Below, one piece after another: positions 57,118 to 64,000 of a DNA stretch of 64,000 nt (positions are counted from its first letter, which is position 1; the number at the start of each line of letters is the position of its first letter). The position numbers and the translations under genes were made by a program. The notes beneath the pieces were generated by a model. That model made no database searches. It saw only the letters and a program-made list of their open reading frames with translations, and was not told the DNA's origin. Source of the DNA: the human T2T-CHM13v2.0 reference genome, Homo sapiens; the NCBI GenBank assembly GCA_009914755.4, contig CP068257.2, forward strand, positions 43,744,001-43,808,000, given 5' to 3'.

Positions 57118-57250
57118 GTCGATGGGAGGAAGAGAGGAAGGTGGGGTGGGGGCGGGAGGAGAGAAGAGGAAGAAGGGGGTGGGGGGAGGGAGGAAGGAAG
57201 AGGAGGAAGGTGGGGTGGGGGTGGGCGGAGGGAGGAGGAGGAAGTGGGGG
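57118..57250. repeat. Purine-rich (G/A, few T) low-complexity tract
   Basis: 'ggaagagaggaaggtggggtgggggcgggaggagagaagaggaagaagggggtggggggagggaggaaggaagaggaggaagg...'. Confidence 0.85.
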
Positions 57251-58544
57251 CGTCCCCATCAGAGACCTCCTGCAGACCTCCAGCTGTTTGGTCCATGGGT
57301 GGGTTGGTTAGGTCTGGGTTCAGAAGCCCCTTCAGTGTAGGTGCTCAGCTGGGCCATGGAGTCCTGGCCTTCCCTCTGAGCACAGACCCACCGGGAATGG
57401 GCAGCCCGTTCTTAGTGACCCTGGGGGCTGGGGAGCACCCACCCTCTGAGCCCCAGCTCGGCCTCCATGTGTCAGGTGGGAGGCACGGGCAGGGCCAGGC
57501 TGTGGGAGTCCGGGAGGGAGTCAGAGGTTGGCTGGGGCAGAGGTGGGGTCAGGGAGCAGGAAGTGAGCGTTTGCCCACTGGGGTAGACGCTGGGTGGATG
57601 GGGAGCTGGGAGTCCTATAGGGTGAAGGGTCTGCCGTGGGCTGAGGCATGTTGGGGCATCCCGAGTACCTATGGGCCCCTTGGACGTCCCCCCGGCGCTC
57701 CCTGGCACAGGTCTGCTCGGAGGGTGTCGGCCTCCTCTGCATTCAGGATCGTGGGTCTGTCAATTGGGACACCTATGAACAAATGCTCTTCCCATCAGTA
57801 ACTCCGTGTGCCCCTCTCTTGAGCCCCTGTGAGATGCACCCTGGGGTCCCAGCCTCACCCACTATCCTTCACAGCAGAGCTGTGGGTCCATGGCCCAGGC
57901 AGGGTGGCCAATTCCTGCCCACTGCAGTCGGCAAGGGGGACACTGGGGCCTCAGGCTCATCTTCTGGGTGCGTTTATAAAGCCAGCACAATGTGCAGCGT
58001 TTGCAGACAGTATCCTCTGTGAGCAAGAGCATGTTTAAAGGGGGCTCATTTGAAACCCTACCTACAGGGCTGCCATCCCTCTGGTGAATGCCCACGTGGG
58101 TGACAGTGATTCTAGCCCTTGATTTCCTTGAGCTGATGGTGGGCCCCTGGGCTGAGGAGACCCTCAGCCAGGAGGTCCCAGGCCCAGGGATGAGTGAGCT
58201 GTACAGCAGTGTCACAGCAAAGCAGCCACCCTCACCCGGGGCCCATCCAGCGTGTGCAGTGGGCAGAAGCCTGCGTGAGCTGGGCAGGGACGAGGGACTG
58301 TGCCGCCGCCCCATTGTGAATCTGTGTTCATTTTCCTGACTTCCTTCATTTCTTGTGATTTTAAAGCTGGGGAGTGGAGATTCTACTTCCTGCTCTATCT
58401 GGAAGGAGAGGGCTTTCGGTTCGGCAAAAAAGTCGTCTTTGTGGGCGCCTGTGCCTCAGGCCACGTGGAGGCCACATGGAACTCCCATTGGGGAGGGGAC
58501 CATGGGACTGGATGGCGGGAAAGTGCCCCACCCCTGCAGCCCTG

Positions 58545-58905
58545 GAACTGTGGCTGGGGTGGGGCTGAGGCTGGGGGAGGGGGTCTGGTGGGGAGGGAGC
58601 TGAGGCTGCTCAGGGGACTGCTGGTGGGGGGCCCTAGAAGGAGGGAGCCGTGGCTGTGGGGTCCCTGATGGGAGGGAGATGTGGCTTGGCGGGGAAGCTG
58701 TGGAGGGAGGGAGCTGTGGCTACTGGGGAGCTGTGGCTGGGGGAGTGCCGTGCCTGGGGGTCTGTGACTGGGGAGTTGCTGGCTGGGGGGCAGCCATGGC
58801 TGGGGGAACCCTGGCTAGGGAGGGGCTGGCTAGGGGCGAGCCGGGCTGCGCGGGGCCCTGGCTGGGGAGCAGCTGGCTGTGGCAGGAGCTGTGGCTGGGG
58901 CTTCT
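58545..58905. repeat. Degenerate G-rich tandem repeat (gctgtggctgggg / ggagggagctgaggctg variants)
   Basis: Multiple iterations of 'ggctgggg(g)ag..gctgtg'. The translated 'LAGGQPWLGEPWLGRGWLG' is an artefact. Confidence 0.75.
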
Positions 58906-58994
58906 GCTGTCTGCATCCGTTCCTGTACATAGTGAAGGTGGGTTCTATTGCCAAGGTTCTGCAGGTGAGGGTGTGTGCTGTTCACACCACAGCA

Positions 58995-60195
58995 TCACAC
59001 AGGCACTCTCCTGCACACACACACTCACACACACACTCAGACACACAGGCACTCTCCTGCACACACACTCACACTCAGACACAGGCACTCTCCTGCACAC
59101 ACACTCACACTCACAGACACACAGGCACTCTCCTGCACACACACACACAGACACAGGCACTCTCCTGTACACACACACTCACACACTCAGACACACAGGC
59201 ACTCTCCTGCACACACACACACTCACACAGGCACTCTCCTGCACACACACACACACTCAGACACACAGGCACTCTCCTGCGCGCACACACACACACTCAG
59301 ACACACAGGCACTCTCCTGCACACACACACTCACACTCAGACACACAGGCACTCTCCTGCACACACACACTCACTCACAGACAGACACACAGGCACTCTC
59401 CTGCACACACTCACACTCACAGACAGGCACTCTCCTGCACACACTCACACTCACAGACAGGCACTCTCCTGCACACACTCACACTCACACACAGGCACTC
59501 TCCTGCACACACACACTCAGACACACAGGCACTCTCCTGCACACACACACTCACACTCAGACACAGGCACTCTCCTGCACACACACACACACAGACACAG
59601 GCACTCTCCTGTACACACACACACTCACACACTCAGACACACAGGCACTCTCCTGCACACACACACACTCACACAGGCACTCTCCTGCACACACACACAC
59701 TCAGACACACAGGCACTCTCCTGCACACACACACACACACACAGGCACTCTCCTGCACACACACTCACACTCAGACACACAGGCACTCTCCTGCACACAC
59801 ACACACTCACTCACACACAGACACACAGGCACTCTCCTGCACACACTCACACTCACACTCAGACAAGCACTCTCCTGCACACACTCACACTCACACTCAG
59901 ACACACAGGCACTCTCCTGCACACACACTCACTCAGACACAGGCACTCTCCTGCATACACACACTCACACTCAGACACACAGGCACTCTCCTGCACACAC
60001 ACACTCACACACTCAGACACACAGGCACTCTCCTGCACACACACACACTCACACACTCAGACACACAGGCACTCTCCTGCACACACACACACTCAGACAC
60101 ACAGGCACTCTCCTGCACACACACACACTCACACACTCACTCAGACACACAGGCACTCTCCTGCACACACACACACTCACACACTCAGACCCTCA
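58995..60195. repeat. Large CA/C-rich minisatellite, ~40-bp unit x ~30 (acacacaggcactctcctgcacacacacactcacactcag), about 1.2 kb
   Basis: Very regular array with variable (ca)n/(ctca) spacers. It generates the 608-, 584- and 483-aa artefact ORFs (58650..60476, 58679..60433, 58975..60426) and the cysteine-rich minus-strand artefacts. Confidence 0.96.
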
Positions 60196-62249
60196 CACTC
60201 CAGGGCTGGGCAGGGGACCCCGGACCTGGCCTCTGGAGCTCATCCCTGGGTGCCTGGGCAGGGAGTGCCGGTCACACTGTGCACCCATCCTTGTTTTCTC
60301 GATGTTGGGTTTACTTTTCCTGCCGGCTGCACGGCCTGCCCTTCTCAGGGCTTTGGGCTACTCTGCAGGGCTGGTGTTCAGGGCAGGAAAGGGGAAGGGG
60401 CAGTGGAGAGGGAGTGTGTGCTGTAGAGGCTAAGACCCCATTTGCACTGAGCCCTTCCATGGCTGTTCAACTCTGACGGGAGTCCACTGAGGCTCAGGAC
60501 GCCTCTGCAGGGTGCCAGGGCCACGCAAGCTCCACAGCACGTGGACAAAGGCGCATCTAATCCTTGCAGGCAGAGTGGCTTATTAGACACGTTAGCAGGT
60601 CTGTCTGTGCAGCCGGAAGGAAGAAAGTGAAGTTAGATGCCCACATGTGACTTGGCATCCAGAGGCACATTCCAGATGGCGACCCGGGGCTCCCTGGTGT
60701 GGTCTGGGGGCCGGTGGGGGCCGAGGGGCTGCTGTGGGTCTGTGTGGAGATGGATACCGAAAGCCACAGGACGTGCTTAGGGACTTGCATGGCAATTTGG
60801 CAGGGCCGTTCCCAGCGCAAAGAAAGGCTGTCGGAGGTGCAGGCCACGCTCATCACCCGCATCTGACCCCACCAGGCATCCCACAAATGTGACCCTTATG
60901 TGTCTGTTAAAAACTACACTTAACGTTTTTTAATTCGAGAAAACCTATCTGTTGCTGTTATGTACAGTGCTGTAATCAGCAAACGTGTTCCTTGGTCATT
61001 TCCGCAACAGAACACAGTGGGAGGGGCCTGCTCTTCCGCAGCACCCCAGGCAGGCCTGGACCGCCCGAGTGGCCGTGGTCCAGGGGCGCGGAGGGCGCAG
61101 CGCGTTCCGTTTCGGCTCCTCTGGTGCGTGCCTCGTGTGCGTGTGAGCAGAGGCCGTGTGGATGCCGGGCGCCCGCCGGTCACGGGCTGGTGGGCAGAGA
61201 GGTCATGACCTTTTACTTTCTAGGCCTTTACGTATCGCAACGTGTGCGTTACGTTCATCATAAAAACGTCCGACGAAACCAAGAGCAAAGTGAACTTCTT
61301 GGTGAAAGTTGCCATTGGGACTTCGGTGCCTGCTGAGAAATGCCTGGGCCTCTGGCTCCCCCTGGCGGCCGGTCCCTGGCTTGACGGAAGCGCGTCGCGC
61401 GGGCTCCAGACGTCCTGGGCCAAGTCCTGTGCGCGGGGCCTCCGGGTCTGCGAGCTGCGGCCGTGTTCAGAGCGTGTTTTGCCCGGAGCTGCTGCCAGCC
61501 TGGGCGGCTTTGGGCGCGTGCAGCAAGCAGGGTTTGGATTTGGAAGTGCAGCTCGTCCTGGCGCCAAGCACAGAGCCTGGCCTCTAAGATGCTCGAGAAA
61601 TGCCGCTCTCTGCGCCCCTGAGTGCTCAGTGCGAGCCTGTGAAGTCCATTACAGTCTCCGGCTGTGAATGTAGCAAGGAGTGGGAACTAGGCCTGGGAGA
61701 TGGGAGTGTTTGTCTGATGACTTCCTGAGCGAAAGCAAACTGGGAAATCTCGGGCTGCGCGCTGGTGCCCCGACTCCGCACCTCCTACCCCTTCTGTGGG
61801 GCCAGCACCCAGAAAGCGCCAGCGGAGGCTGGCAGGCCGTGGGCCGCATGGGCGGAGGGGCCGGTCCTCCGATGATGGGGCAAACGTCTCCGGCCTAGCC
61901 CCCGACGCTCGGGGATGTAAGGGCAAGGGCTGCGGGGTCGGAACGTCGGCTGTGGCTGTGGCTGTGTGACTGCTCCGCACCAGCTCAGCTTCCTCACCTG
62001 TGCACACAGGCTCCCGCTGGAATTTGCTGCGTTCTCCAAGCTCTGCAAGATTCAGAAGCAGAGGCCTCCCTGGGCTCTCACAGCCCCTTAGCTTCTTGCC
62101 CACCCACGGAGAGGGTCCAGAGCTGCCCCTTGCTGTCTGTGAGGAAAGCGGGTGCTTCAGGCCTGCCAGGGGTCCACTGGGAGTTGCTGGGTGGGCTCCT
62201 CAGGCCCTGCCCAGGGCTGACCCCTGGCTCCAGGTCCTGGGCCTCCGTG

Positions 62250-62617
62250 CCATGTTCCCCGCAAGCAGTCGGGGCCTGCTGGGGTTTGAGCCACGTTCCC
62301 CGGAAGCAGTCGGGGCCTGCTGGGGTTTGAGCCACGTTCCCCGGAAGCAGTCGGGGCCTGCTGGGGTTTGAGCCACGTTCCCCGGAAGCAGTCGGGGCCT
62401 GCTGGGGTTTGAGCCACGTTCCCCGGAAGCAGTCGGGGCCTGCTGGGGTTTGAGCCACGTTCCCCGGAAGCAGTCGGGGCCTGCTGGGGTTTGAGCCACG
62501 TTCCCCGGAAGCAGCTGGGGCCTGCTGGGGTTTGAGCCACGTTCCCCGGAAGCAGTCGGGGCCTGCTGGGGTTTGAACCACGTTCCCCGGAAGCAGTCAG
62601 GGCCTGCGGGGGTTTAT
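62250..62617. repeat. Minisatellite, 41-bp unit x ~9 (gagccacgttccccggaagcagtcggggcctgctggggttt); each unit contains an ETS-type CCGGAAGC core
   Basis: Nine head-to-tail copies, the first and last variant. It generates the ORFs 62078..62581 (-) and 62000..62371 (+) with repeating peptides. Confidence 0.95.
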
Positions 62618-64000
62618 GTCACACCCTGGCTGCACGTGGGGATCGTGTCTAAGCTTTTTGGAAATGTCGATGCCGGACTCCGCCCCAGACCTGGAGCTAG
62701 GAACTGGCCCCTGGCCGTGGGCCCAGGCAGGGTGAGGTTTCCCAGCACCCTGGGTGATCTGAACTTGGGAGCAGGGCTGGAACCTGGGGGCAAGATCAGC
62801 ACTTCTAGGACGTTATCGTGCGTGGGAACCACGGGACGCTCACTCATAGGAGGCTCAGCAGTTCTCTCGCTGTGCCGAGGCTGATGGAGACCTCACTGCT
62901 TGCCCCCGGGATGCAAACCCCGGGGACACCCGCCTTTCCGCTCCAAGCTCTGCCCACCGCCTCACATGGCCCTGGGAATTACAACAGACTTTCCCATCTC
63001 CCCACTATGGGCGGAATCTGCTGCAGCTGCCCAGACCTGGGGTCTTGCAGGTTCTGGACACCACAGCTCCCCTACACACAGAGGCTGCTCCTGCGTGGCC
63101 CTGGTCCCTCACCTCTACTTCTGGCACACGCTCCTCCACCTGCTGCCCTTCAGGGTTCATCGAGGTCTTATTTTGGTTCTGTACTGGGAGAGGGGGAAGC
63201 AATGGGGCAAGACGCTGCCCCTACTGTCCCCAGAAGATGAGGGACAGCACAGATGCCCAGGTAGAGTTTTCCTGTGTTAAATCATAAAACCCCCACATGC
63301 CCATCCCAGGTGCCCCACCTGCCCCAGCAGCTGCCTCCAGGCCTCGGGACGCTTGAACCCACCTCGAGGGCTGCCAGCTCCTGGCCTGGAGGTGCCCCCA
63401 CCGGGTCCTCCAGTCCTGCTGCCCGGTGGCTCTGGCCATGGTTCCCGTCCCGGGCTGTTCATGTTCCCCCTGCTCCTCTCCGTGATCTGCCATCTCTGCT
63501 TCACCAGCCGGCGCCTTCTACAGAACACGGCCGTGAGCTTCCCATGTTCTGCCGCTGGCTCTTCACGCCAACAGGTCTCCTCTGAGCAGGGCCAGCTTAT
63601 GGCATGGCGCCGGGTCAGCTCTCACCTGTCCCCCTCAGACGCCCACCTCTGATATGCAACTATTTCCAGCAGAAAATGTCCCATGTCCTTAAAGGATGGA
63701 GCACGCTGCTGGGAACACGGCTCTCTCCATAAAGGAGGGACTCCCCATGCCACTCCCAAGGCCACGGGAGGCCGCCCTCAGCACAGGGTCCATGGGGTCT
63801 CGGGGTCTCCCTGCCAAAGCACAGGCCTGGTGACCCCCTGGGACCCTCACTCCAGGGAGAGGACTGTGCATCTTGTGTGCTTCTCACAATCACTGTGTGG
63901 GGTTCAGCCCAGGGGAGGTCACCTCGCCCTCATCCACGCAGTCCTGCGGGGAGGCCCATTTGCCCTGACTGCACAGTCCTGCAGCTCGGCTGTGCCCTTG

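Noticed and set aside
58650-60476. 608-, 584- and 483-aa ORFs in three + frames and multiple cysteine-rich minus-strand ORFs
   Set aside because: Translation of the ~40-bp x30 minisatellite. There are no stop codons simply because of the repeat composition.

Overview
This window reads as primate (most likely human) nuclear genomic DNA, not a prokaryotic locus. It contains at least 12 Alu SINEs, several with poly-A tails and intact target-site duplications, plus MIR fragments. An AT-rich island at about 16.4–23.9 kb is built from antisense LINE-1 fragments with nested Alu insertions; minus-strand ORFs there translate to recognisable L1 ORF1p/ORF2p remnants. The rest is a very GC-rich, CpG-rich sequence packed with more than 25 separate GC-rich minisatellite arrays. 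Unit lengths are mostly 31–75 bp; the two largest arrays span about 0.8 and 1.2 kb. This is the typical look of a subtelomeric, recombination-prone human isochore. Because of this, almost all long ORFs in the six-frame track are translation artefacts of tandem repeats or stop-poor GC-rich DNA.

The one credible protein-coding signal sits in a strong CpG island at about 26.3–28.1 kb. An ATG in good Kozak context begins a short exon that ends at a consensus donor (CCGAG|gtgagg). After a 137-bp intron with a branch-point-like CTGAC there is a 95-nt second exon ending at CAG|gtaaga. Spliced, the two exons encode [35 protein letters not shown], a classic N-terminal signal peptide. I could not confidently match this to a named gene from memory. 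The rest of the gene is presumably further downstream or beyond the window. No CRISPR arrays, operons, tRNA/rRNA genes or other microbial-type systems are present. The noteworthy observations are regulatory and structural rather than a novel coding system.
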